DNA of 63,478 bases, filler included, from Salisapilia sapeloensis CBS 127946 (lineage: Eukaryota > Protista > Oomycota): assembly GCA_023334545.1 (NCBI GenBank). It is 10 parts of 10 records of this genome, joined end to end, with 100 filler letters (N's around TTAATTAATTAA, not from the genome) between each part and the next. Parts side by side here need not be neighbours in the genome. Positions count along the whole stretch, not along the records: positions 21,535 to 37,704 come from JAADVB010000356.1; 9 more parts are not named here. One strand, 5' to 3'. Below are positions 24,753-34,841 of this stretch, in pieces (position 1 is the first letter of the stretch; the number at the start of each line of letters is the position of its first letter). The translations under genes were made by a program, and so were the position numbers. Under the pieces are notes generated by a model, which saw only the letters and a program-made list of their open reading frames with translations, did no database searches and had not been told where the DNA came from.

Positions 24753-26182
24753 ATGGTTCTATCAGCAGTCTTCATCACGGACCTCAAGGGGAAGCTTATT
24801 ATCTCTCGCAACTACCGTGGTGATATTCCCATGTCGGCGTCCCACAAGTTCACCAAGTACGTCCAGGAGAAGGATGACGATGAAAAGCGTCCGGTCTTTA
24901 CGGAAGACGGATATACCTTTGTCTATCTCAAGGTAGCTAGTTTATCCTATCTCAATGCACGCCATTCTCAAGCCATGTCTTGTAGCACAATAACCTCTAC
25001 CTAATGACAGTGACGAAAGTGAACTCGAACGTTGCGCTTATGCTCATGTACCTCACTCGGATCGCACAGGTACATACATCTTCTATATCCATCGACTACA
25101 AACCTCACGCTTGGCTAGGTCTTCAAAGACTACTTTGGAGAGCTGGAAGAAGAAAGCATTCGGGACAACTTTGTCATCATCTACGAGCTCTTGGACGAAA
25201 CCATGGACCACGGCTATCCTCAGGTATAATTGCTATTTCCCCACTGCCCACCACGACACTCATTCTAGCCTAGACGACGGAAGCTCGTATCCTGCGAGAA
25301 TACATTACGCAAGAAGGTCATCGGATGGAAGCTGCTCCTCGTCCCCCAACCGCTCTCACGAACGCCGTGTCATGGCGTAGTGAAGGCATCAAACACCGCA
25401 AGAACGAGATCTTTTTAGACGTAGTAGAAAAGCTCAATCTCCTCGTATCGTCCTCTGGCACGGTACTCCACTCGGAAATCCTGGGCGCTGTCAAGATGAA
25501 GTCCTTCTTGTCCGGCATGCCAGAGCTCAAGCTCGGCTTGAATGACAAGGCTCTATTCGAAGCCACTGGCAGGACGTCCTCCAAGGGTAAGGCAGTCGAG
25601 ATGGAAGACATCAAGTTCCACCAATGCGTCCGCCTCGCTCGATTCGAGACGGACCGGACTATCAGCTTCATCCCGCCGGACGGTGAGTTCGATCTCATGA
25701 CGTACCGCCTGAGCACCCACGTGAAGCCTCTCATCTGGGCCGAAGCCGTTGTGGAACCGCACTCTCGGTCTAGGATCGAGTACATGGTCAAGGCCAAGAG
25801 CCAATTCAAAGCTCGATCGATTGCGAACAACGTCGAGATAGTAATTCCCGTGCCGCCAGATGTGGACTCTCCGAGCTTCAAGGCCAGCATCGGACAGGTC
25901 AAGTACGTTCCGGACAAAGACGCGATCGTTTGGACGATCAAGCAGTTCAGTGGAGCGCGAGAGTACTTGATGCGCGCCCACTTTGGTCTCCCGAGCGTCA
26001 ACAGCGACGGCGACATTGAGGACTGGAAGGCTCCGATCCAGATCAAGTTCGAGATCCCGTACTTTACCGTGTCCGGCATCCAAGTCCGGTACCTTAAGAT
26101 CATTGAAAAGAGTGGCTATCAGGCCCTGCCGTGGGTCCGGTACATTACGCAGAACGGAGATTACCAGTTACGCATGTCCTAA
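24753..26182 (+). CDS. AP1M1: AP-1 adaptor complex subunit mu
   Basis: [61 protein letters not shown]. Introns 24933-24985, 25070-25118 and 25224-25273. Confidence 0.97.
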
Positions 26183-26375
26183 ATCGAAAAAGATACTGCT
26201 GTTTGCAAATCGTTTCTACGTGTTAGCATAGAACGTCAAGAACGGTAGAAATGGGTCTCCCTCACTGTCTATCCCACCATAGTCAACGCCTTCAACCGCC
26301 GTGATCTTTGACTTCAACGACACGATCCATGTTTCTATTCCTCATTCGGACTTTTCAGCTCCATACGTGGACACG

Positions 26376-28082
26376 ATGGGAGACGTGAATCAGGAGCAGC
26401 TACAGACGAGTGGGGGTACCGACACCACCGACTGGTCGACGCTCCCCTACGTTACCGAGAACGGTGTGCACGAGTACATCGTTCAGGACGGACCGAATGG
26501 GTTGGAGACACCCGTTCGAATGAGCGGATATGTCCATCGAAAGGAGCTCTTTCGACGAAGGTGTTTCGCTGCTTTCTCCTCTCACAACGCGACGCTCACC
26601 ATCTACAAGAAGATCCCGGACAGCACCGGCGATCGACCGGTGAAGACCATGGTCGTAACGAGTGTCCAAAGTCTATCGAACGGAAGACTCGCTATCGAAG
26701 GGTACAGTCGCGAACTATACAAGGAGCACTCGGACACGCTCTGTACGCCAGCTCGGTCAGTCGAGCTACCGGGGAACGACCAGCGCTTCTACCTGCCCGA
26801 GACAGAAGTGTGGGAGTTTACAGATCGACAGATGATGGATCAATGGCTACATTTTTTCCATCTCCACTTCCGCTTGCATCCGCCTCCTGCAGATACACCA
26901 CGTCGGCAGAGCGAGTCGACGCTGCAGAAAAAGAGGAGCTTCTGGGATAAACTCAGCTCTCGTGTCAGTCCGAGCGACGGAAAGAAGGTCTCGCAGCCAC
27001 GTCTATCGCTTCCAACTGCATCCGAATGGGAGAAGCGACCGGCTTGGATGCTACATGAACGTGGTGCGTTGGAAAGAAGACGTAGGGCATCGCTTGGCCA
27101 GTCCGACGACTGGAGTGACTGCAGTACTCCATTGACGCAGTCTCACACTCGATCGTCTACGAGCTCCATGTCATCCACTACTGGGCGCAATCGACTGGAA
27201 GTGTATCGGTTGGACGCATCTCAATTGCAAAGGCTTCAGGTCATAAAGCGACATTCGTCATCCTGTCATCACAAAGAAGTATGGCAAGGGTCATACAAGC
27301 GTCGACGCGTACTCATACAAAGTCTGCATTTCCATCGACACAGTTCCTTAGACGATCGAAAGGTCCTTTTCCATCGATTCGTCCATGAAATCATGCTCGT
27401 AAGTGAGCTCCGGCATCCATCTATTGTATCTTTCATCGGCGTCTCGTACACGCACTCCATAAAAGAGCTGGAGCTCGTGACTGAGTACTGTGATCGAGGC
27501 GACTTGTCGAGCTTCGTCGAGTACCAACGCCTTTCAGATCCGTCCACCCCATTTCCAGTCCGTTGGGTCGACTGCTGCTCCTTTGCATTGAACATCGCAG
27601 ACGCTCTCGTCTACTTGCACAGCCATGGCAAATACCCCACCATCCAGAATAAACTATATCCTCAAAACATCTATCTCCAAGCCAGAGGAACGGACCTCGC
27701 GGCAAAGATCGGGAGCTTTTCCATGGCATGCAAGCGACCGGAACGGAATCAGCTGTCCCTTCGGAACATTGATAAGCGATGGGTGGCTCCAGAAGTCATC
27801 GCGAACACTATGACATGCAGTACCAAGAGCGACATCTACAGCTTTGGCATTCTACTCTGCTACTTGTCAACGTGGAAACTTCCGTACGAAGAGCACGTGC
27901 GAAAGCACGGAGGGATGTTTGAGACAGACCTCCTGACGCATATCGTCGAGGACCATTGGAGACCTGTCGTCGGGAATGACCAGATCGCCCCGCTAGTGAA
28001 AGCCTGTCTGGCGCACGATCCGGAGGACCGTCCAGACGCAGTGCAGGTACGAGCAGAGCTACAACATGTAGAAAACCAGTAG
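26376..28082 (+). CDS. PH-like domain plus TKL-type pseudokinase
   Basis: Kinase scaffold present (HEIMLVSELRHPSIVSFIG, LVTEY, WVAPE, SDIYSFG). Catalytic motifs are altered: VAVK to VLIQ, HRD to QNK, DFG to SFS. N-terminal SGYVHRK...QWLHFF is PH-like (lower confidence). Confidence 0.85.
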   Translation: MGDVNQEQLQTSGGTDTTDWSTLPYVTENGVHEYIVQDGPNGLETPVRMSGYVHRKELFRRRCFAAFSSHNATLTIYKKIPDSTGDRPVKTMVVTSVQSLSNGRLAIEGYSRELYKEHSDTLCTPARSVELPGNDQRFYLPETEVWEFTDRQMMDQWLHFFHLHFRLHPPPADTPRRQSESTLQKKRSFWDKLSSRVSPSDGKKVSQPRLSLPTASEWEKRPAWMLHERGALERRRRASLGQSDDWSDCSTPLTQSHTRSSTSSMSSTTGRNRLEVYRLDASQLQRLQVIKRHSSSCHHKEVWQGSYKRRRVLIQSLHFHRHSSLDDRKVLFHRFVHEIMLVSELRHPSIVSFIGVSYTHSIKELELVTEYCDRGDLSSFVEYQRLSDPSTPFPVRWVDCCSFALNIADALVYLHSHGKYPTIQNKLYPQNIYLQARGTDLAAKIGSFSMACKRPERNQLSLRNIDKRWVAPEVIANTMTCSTKSDIYSFGILLCYLSTWKLPYEEHVRKHGGMFETDLLTHIVEDHWRPVVGNDQIAPLVKACLAHDPEDRPDAVQVRAELQHVENQ

Positions 28083-28157
28083 GTACCTACGCAGCATCGA
28101 TCTATACCTACCAAGATACACGAACAAAAGGCAAATGTGTTTCAAAAGAAGTTTGTC

Positions 28158-30743
28158 TTAACGATGAGTCAGGTTCGTCGACAGCGTGGACATGGCGCGG
28201 ACCTTTCCGTCCGGCACCATGAAGAGCATGAGCGACTTGTCCTTGTTCACGTACACCTCGTCGATCCGGAAGAAACCTCGGCGCTCGAGTTGCACGACCT
28301 CTCCCTTCTTGGCGTTCCGGAGCTCGTGGTCGCCCACGCACTTCATCTCGGCGCGCGTTTTTTCGTTGATAAAGTCCTTGAAGTTGTCTCCTTCCTCGAG
28401 CTTTGGCTTGGTCACCAAAAAGTCAAACTCGACGAGCGTCAGGTCCACCAGGTCGTCGACGTCCGCCAGCCAAGTGATCTTCTTCTTCGTCTGCTTAAAG
28501 TCGCCTTCCGGGTTATTCCGCGCTTCGACGTGTACCACCTCTCCGTCCTTGGTCTCAATCTTGTCCACGATCATGTTGCCATACCGCATCAAGGTCACTT
28601 CCTCTCCTTCCGCCATGGCCTTGGCATCGTCCTTTTCGATCAGCAAGTGCTTTCCGAATCGCATGATCTTGTCACCCATCGAAGCGTCCTTCGGGTGCCT
28701 CGGGACAGGCACGCCCACGACCTTGTCCTCGACGTTGGTGAGCGTCAGACGCACAGCCTTGGCCTTGTCAATGGCAAAGTAGCGCTTTGCCATGGGTTCC
28801 AGCACGCGCTTGTTGACCGTCCAGAACTTGTCCCACTCCATGTCCGTCACGCGTCGACTCGCGCCTTGGCTCAGGATAAACTCTCGCAACGCAGGCACTT
28901 GGACGCCTCGACGCAAGACACCTTGGACGGTCGGGAATCGAGGGTCGTTCCATCCCTCGACGTACTGGTTGTCGACAAACCATTGGAGCTTGCGCTTGCT
29001 CAGGACAGAGTAGACAAAGTTCATACGCGCAAAGCCGTGGATGTGCACCTTGCGCAGATGCATGGCCTCCAATAGCCACGCGTACTGGAAGTCGCGGTCA
29101 TTGTACTCGGTCGTTCGGAGGGCATGGGTGACGCCTTCGATCGAGTCGACAATCGGACACGCCAAGTCGTACGTCGGGTACGCCTTGTACTTGGTGCCTG
29201 TGCGGTGGTGAGGCGTCAGGTTCGTGCGGAACAAGACTGGGTCTCGCAGCGTCTTGTTTTTGGCCTGCATGTCGATCTTGGCACGAAGACAGTAGCCCTG
29301 ACTTGTCTCTTCGTTCTTGAGCATGCCTTCAAAGAGCTTCATAGTAGCTTCCGGCGTCATCTCGCGGTGCTTGGAGTTGATGCCGTCCATACGCTCCTGT
29401 CGCATCTGTTCTAATGGCGTGTCGTCCATGTACGCCTTCCCTTCCTGAATCAACTGCCGAGCGAGGTCGTGGATCTTTTCAAAGTAGTCACTCGTGTACG
29501 TCACGACGTCCGGTTCAATGTCCAGTTTACGCAAATCGGCCAGAATGCTCTGCTCGAACTCGTCCTTTTCTTTAGAAGGGTTCGTGTCATCAAAGCGGAC
29601 GATCAGCTTGCCGTCGTACTGACGAGCATAGTAGTGGTTCAACATGCAAGCCTTGACGTGTCCAATGTGAAGGTACCCAGACGGCTCCGGAGGGAAACGC
29701 GTGACCACTTGGCCGTGCACAGCGTCCTTGAGCGGTGGACAGTTACCAATGCTCTTGCCCTTTTGAGACGTGAACAAGGCCTTGGCGCCCTCCGGCTTAC
29801 CACCGACAGCAGACGCAGGGACTTGCTTGCTCTTCAGCTCCTTCGTGGCAGACGCAAAGACGTCCATCTGGGAAAGGTGTCCCAAGTACCGACGAACGTG
29901 AGTCTCCTTGACATCAGCCGGGAGACTGCTCCAGATAGCAACGTCAGCAAGAGACAGCGCGTGCTCGAGGATGAATGTTCGGCTGGCCAGCGTAGAGTCC
30001 AAAAGCTCTAGACTCTGGCTTGTCGGAGGGCTCAGATGCGTTAACGCAAAGTCCAGCCACGAATCCACTTGCGACGCGAACGACGCGTCTCCGTACAGGG
30101 CTTGCGTCAAGTCCGAAGCAGGTGCGAGGCGAATCAAGTGACGAGCGATGGCAAAGTCTCCTCGGACGAGTTCATCAGATTCCGGGACGACCAGGACTGG
30201 AGACGTGATAGAAGCAGAGGTCGGGACGAAGGCTGGGAGCTTTGCATTCGTCACGAGTTTGCTGACAACGTAGGCAGTCAACGGCAGACTGGAGAAGGGG
30301 TACAGCACAGCTCCATTCGCATTCTCTTTCTGCGTCTGTTGGACGATTGAGGAAAAGTCCTGGACAGATCCCTTGGACGGTGCCGCCTGCGGCTTCTTCT
30401 CTTTCGCCTCCGTCGGCTTGTCCTCCGTCGGTGCTGCTCCGGACTTCATCGCTGCCTTTTGCGCTTTCTTACGCTCTTTGTTCAATTCCTTCTTAGACTT
30501 CTTATTCGGGTCCTTCTTCTCTTGCGGAGCAGCCTCCTTCTTTTCCTTCTTGGCTGGTTTCTTTGGCGGGTCGAACGGCTTGCCCGTCTTCTCCTCAAAC
30601 TGCTTCTTGAGGGCTAGGAGCTCTCCGACACAAGCCTTGACCTTGTCAGCATCCGCTTTCTCCGCCTTGAGCGTACGGACCTCCTCGGCCTTGGCGTTAA
30701 TGTCCGCCGTTAGCGCTGCGACTTGCTCTTCCGTCGCACTCAT
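28158..30743 (-). CDS. EARS: Cytosolic glutamate--tRNA ligase with N-terminal WHEP-like and GST-like domains
   Basis: TRFPPEPSGYLHIGH, RFDDTNP, HALRTTEY, VLSKRKL, GWNDPRFPT. Intronless, 861 aa. Confidence 0.97.
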   Translation of the reverse strand: MSATEEQVAALTADINAKAEEVRTLKAEKADADKVKACVGELLALKKQFEEKTGKPFDPPKKPAKKEKKEAAPQEKKDPNKKSKKELNKERKKAQKAAMKSGAAPTEDKPTEAKEKKPQAAPSKGSVQDFSSIVQQTQKENANGAVLYPFSSLPLTAYVVSKLVTNAKLPAFVPTSASITSPVLVVPESDELVRGDFAIARHLIRLAPASDLTQALYGDASFASQVDSWLDFALTHLSPPTSQSLELLDSTLASRTFILEHALSLADVAIWSSLPADVKETHVRRYLGHLSQMDVFASATKELKSKQVPASAVGGKPEGAKALFTSQKGKSIGNCPPLKDAVHGQVVTRFPPEPSGYLHIGHVKACMLNHYYARQYDGKLIVRFDDTNPSKEKDEFEQSILADLRKLDIEPDVVTYTSDYFEKIHDLARQLIQEGKAYMDDTPLEQMRQERMDGINSKHREMTPEATMKLFEGMLKNEETSQGYCLRAKIDMQAKNKTLRDPVLFRTNLTPHHRTGTKYKAYPTYDLACPIVDSIEGVTHALRTTEYNDRDFQYAWLLEAMHLRKVHIHGFARMNFVYSVLSKRKLQWFVDNQYVEGWNDPRFPTVQGVLRRGVQVPALREFILSQGASRRVTDMEWDKFWTVNKRVLEPMAKRYFAIDKAKAVRLTLTNVEDKVVGVPVPRHPKDASMGDKIMRFGKHLLIEKDDAKAMAEGEEVTLMRYGNMIVDKIETKDGEVVHVEARNNPEGDFKQTKKKITWLADVDDLVDLTLVEFDFLVTKPKLEEGDNFKDFINEKTRAEMKCVGDHELRNAKKGEVVQLERRGFFRIDEVYVNKDKSLMLFMVPDGKVRAMSTLSTNLTHR

Positions 30744-32472
30744 CTTCTGGTGATTTTAGATATGCTCCGAGTTGGTGGATGGACGGCCGTTTGATGCCGT
30801 ATAGAGGGACGCCTTCAAATATATAACTCTTGTTAAACTTGCGTATATTATACGAGACAAGAGGACAAAATCTCATGGCAGAAGAATGCAGACAGATTTC
30901 GTCTGCGTATGAGTTGGGCGCATTGCAGGATGATCGGATGAATTGTTGTGTTAGATAGCATCTAGCATGAATGTATGCATGAAAATTGGATAAACTAGTC
31001 ACCTTGATGTGCGTTGAATATTTCTGTAGCGAGTACGTGGTGGCTGCATGTCCTATCTCGAGCACTTCCATGTGACCATCGCCGTTTCTATTATGTCACA
31101 TCTATCATGGTAACGAGGACTGCGTTGATACGCAAGATGCTGAAGGTGACTTTTACTATTATCGATTCACATTTGACGCAGAAGGAGTCTTGCTTTGCCT
31201 CCTATGAGTCGAAAAGGAGGTTTCCAAGTTACCACAAGATCGAAACATTAGTTTAATTGACTTTGCTTAGTCCGAGTGCACCTAAACTTAACTTTTTGCT
31301 TACTGCGACCTGAAACTGCTCGCATAGAACTAGTGCCATGTACAAATCGCAAGACTAGATTTCATGACTTTGTAATCTCAGCCAAGCGATAGAGTAATTA
31401 CGTCTTTGTGGCGATACACCAGGGTGGGATTCATCAAACAGAGAGAAGGTGTGCTCTATGCAACACACACAGAAGACTCCATTTGCCAATGCGGCAGCCG
31501 CACTAGTAGCCTTTGTATCCGACTATGACGTAGACACATATACCGCATGAAATTCTCATGACCAGTTGCATACATGACAAGTTTACAGCATCTTGCATTA
31601 AATGACCTGCACAAATGATACAAACGCAACGTTTACACTATACTTCAAACATTTCTGGAGAGCCCCAAAAGCACTATATGAAAATTACAAGCTGTACACC
31701 CTGGAATCGGCAATAGTGTGATACCGCCATAATCGAAATGAGCAATAAATCCTTTTAAAAGCTTAATGTGTTTCTTTAAATAAAACAAGATTGCTTGAAT
31801 GGATATAGTCCATGTTAGACTCTGCTTCCTCTTTTGCAGTACAGACTTGAAAGCGAAATACACGGCAACATATTTTCTTGTCCAACTTACCATAACATTA
31901 TGCAATATGGAGAAGTCCATGTATACTACCCGCGCTTTGTTTAGGTGCTTCTATACATTGCGCAGCATCCCTTATCCTACCAGGAATGTGTTTCCAGGTG
32001 CATCTCACATCAGACTTTACATCTTATTTGTAATTTACTTCGGGCGATTATGTCTCCAGTGTCTTCACTTTATCATTCGATACGAAAGCATGCTCGACGA
32101 TACTTTCAAAACGGTGAGTACGTCAACTTCTGAACGTGTCGGTTGCAAATAGAACATTGATATCGACTACGTTCAATCGACAAATTAAGCTTTCTAGCCA
32201 CACGTACTCTCTACTCTTCATGAACGTTGTAACTTGCACATGCTTGTCCCACAGATGTAGAATAGTCTGACCAGCCTCTTTCTCATATCAGGAATTCACC
32301 CAGCTTTATGCACTACAACCAGGCTAAAAGTTTATGGTTCAACAACGAATATTCCTAGATCAACACAGGCTTCGCAAAGCTCAAGGTTCAAGTCTTTTGA
32401 ATGGATAACGATCCAAAAGACGAAATACTCCATGTACCTGCACATCCAAAAACTTTTCACGCACTTGAGTAT

Positions 32473-34182
32473 TTAATTATCATCGTATATTTTCCTAGCG
32501 ACAGTTACCGACCTTCTTAAAACATTTATACTTTCTTTTGGTGCCGGGCCTCGTTCCTGTACTTGCAACGGTACACGCGACCGTCTCAACTCTTTATGAT
32601 CTTCTTGTAGTTGCGCAACGTTTTCCAGCACATCCCACACTTCCACTTGATCTCGGACATCAAGATCCAAGACAGAGAAGAAGGCATTCACTTCACTAGT
32701 GCTCAACGCGAATGCTTCCATGGCCAGTTGAAACTGTTGCCTCGATACGGCTAGCATCTTCTTCATACCAACAATCGGTTCGCTTGAATTCGTGTCATTT
32801 GGCTGGTCTTCATCCGTCTTCATCTGCTCTGGTGTGTACATTCGCCTTCGAGCATTGCGAGGTATGAGCATCGGAGACGCCAAGTTACTTTCGGAAGTAT
32901 CTGATACATGTGATAGACGAAGTGTCGATCCACAGTTCATCAAGTAGTCTTCCAAACTCATCATCTCCATCTTCCGGTAAAACTTGGATGCCGGACCGAG
33001 GTTCTTCGCTGCTTCCCGACGTAGCCGCGCAAAGATTTGCTTTAACGGCAGATTGTAAAACAAACCGGAGCTACAAGAATGTTTATAAGTTTTCATTGCA
33101 ACTAAAATGCATAAAAGTACATACACTGCCAAGCGATTCATCACTGCTTCCTTTTCTTCCTTCCTCTTCTCTCTCTCCTTTGCTAAGACACTATCAAAGT
33201 TACCGCCATCCGCACTAGGCTCCACGCAGCAAATCGTCGACTCTTTCAGGTAGCAGACACTAGCAGTGTGCGGTCTTCGCTTCGCACCAGCAACTTGATG
33301 CGACGTTTCACTCGTATTCCGCAGAGGATTCGCACTCACAGGTCTCAACTTTCCAAAGGTACCTGCAGTCGACTTTGGTCGCAACACTTTCTTTTCAAAC
33401 GCTACAGTACTCTTGGACGACGATAATCCAAGCCGATATGCACGAGTGTACGATGGGGACTCTACGGGTAGTTTGTATCTAGCTACCGAAACTTTGTGCT
33501 TGTCCAAGTGGCTTTGCACTTGTCTAATCGTGTGCTGAGCCTTGTAAGCTAGATTGACATGCGTCCTCTTTGTCTGGCAATCATCTGCCGGACACTCGGG
33601 AGATGTGACAAGTGGTGCATCAGCCTTACGGATCGGAAACTCTTGTTCTATCGTATTATACAATGTGGATCTCTGTTCGGGCTTGTCACGTGGGTTCTCG
33701 GCCTCTAGTAACATCGTCGGCAGATCAAGTCGAGCACCACCAGGGTTCCAGGCTTTCCGCTTAGATTTCACTGATGGACATCCGTTCGATTCAAGAGTGC
33801 GGGATGGAGAGTAGAGAGGTGTGTTGCTATCAAAGCTAGCATACGCGATCGCAGTTGACATGGGGATTCTATTAGCATGTACACCTACAACTTCTTTTGC
33901 ACTATCACGCGGCTCAAAGCCGTTCTCCATCCAGGTGGCGTTTTGGTATCCAAGTTTCCAAGCTGTAGTGTGTACCGCGTGTCCTGGAATTGAGTCCATT
34001 CCAGAGGGTCTGGGTGGCATTTCTGATGATCGGGCGGCTGTTTCGCGGAGTTGGAGAGCTCGAAGATCGGATCGGCATCGTGCGTCATTGGAAGGCAGCA
34101 CTTGCAATCGAGGAAAGTGCTTGGTAGAGCTACTTCCGTACAAGACGGATCGACGTCGCTCCTCTTCATTCGGTGTCTTCAT
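32473..34182 (-). CDS. Hypothetical protein, largely disordered, with a C-terminal degenerate EF-hand-like region
   Basis: Long open frame. The ATG at 34182 is preferred (34317 is an alternative). Probable in-frame 54-nt intron at 33071-33124 (GTATGT...TTGTAG). C-terminal FFSVLDLDVRDQVEVWDVL. Confidence 0.65.
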   Translation of the reverse strand: MKTPNEEERRRSVLYGSSSTKHFPRLQVLPSNDARCRSDLRALQLRETAARSSEMPPRPSGMDSIPGHAVHTTAWKLGYQNATWMENGFEPRDSAKEVVGVHANRIPMSTAIAYASFDSNTPLYSPSRTLESNGCPSVKSKRKAWNPGGARLDLPTMLLEAENPRDKPEQRSTLYNTIEQEFPIRKADAPLVTSPECPADDCQTKRTHVNLAYKAQHTIRQVQSHLDKHKVSVARYKLPVESPSYTRAYRLGLSSSKSTVAFEKKVLRPKSTAGTFGKLRPVSANPLRNTSETSHQVAGAKRRPHTASVCYLKESTICCVEPSADGGNFDSVLAKEREKRKEEKEAVMNRLAVYVLLCILVAMKTYKHSCSSGLFYNLPLKQIFARLRREAAKNLGPASKFYRKMEMMSLEDYLMNCGSTLRLSHVSDTSESNLASPMLIPRNARRRMYTPEQMKTDEDQPNDTNSSEPIVGMKKMLAVSRQQFQLAMEAFALSTSEVNAFFSVLDLDVRDQVEVWDVLENVAQLQEDHKELRRSRVPLQVQERGPAPKESINVLRRSVTVARKIYDDN

Positions 34183-34841
34183 CGTAGTAATGGAGGCGTG
34201 AAACATGTATCTATTAATAAATACCGATGCTTGGTAAGAGATGTGCCGCAGGAAGAGCCGTGTTGTATGTCGCATCACAACTCGGTCGATACGATCTGTG
34301 AAGGATTTGCCGACCATGCCTCCAAGACAGACGAGTGCGATAGAAACGCCCTGCTACGTATGCATTCCGTGTACGAGTTACAATAGGACGTCCGCCCGCT
34401 CTGTTCCCGTGTCAAACGCCTTTTACGCTCCATTGCATAATCACGCTTGTGACTAAATTTATTTTCTAATCCTCCGTCGATCAACATTTTTCAAGAGTAT
34501 TCGCTCTACTTGGACCTCCTCCACTTGCTCATCTTCCTCTGATCGGCGCATCCCAGTTCCTTCTCATCCAATTTTTCCATTTTCGGCACCACCAAGCATA
34601 CAAACTTCAAGTGATCTCGCAGTCACGTCCGCGTAAAATAATCAGTACCACAGCCTCGAGCCCTCACCAGATTCCATCAGCCACTTTCGATGGCAAGCAT
34701 GCCCGCACCACTCGATCGCCCGACGCGACAGGAGCCGCCGCCGCCAAACGCCCAAGGTCCGCCTCCATCAGCAAATTGACTACCTAGCGTACAACTAACG
34801 TGCAGGATGGAACAGATGCGAGGTTGCCACCGAACAGTGCC

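Noticed and set aside
17080-26182. AP-1 gamma and AP-1 mu as a functional gene cluster
   Set aside because: They lie on different contigs separated by an artificial spacer, so adjacency carries no information.
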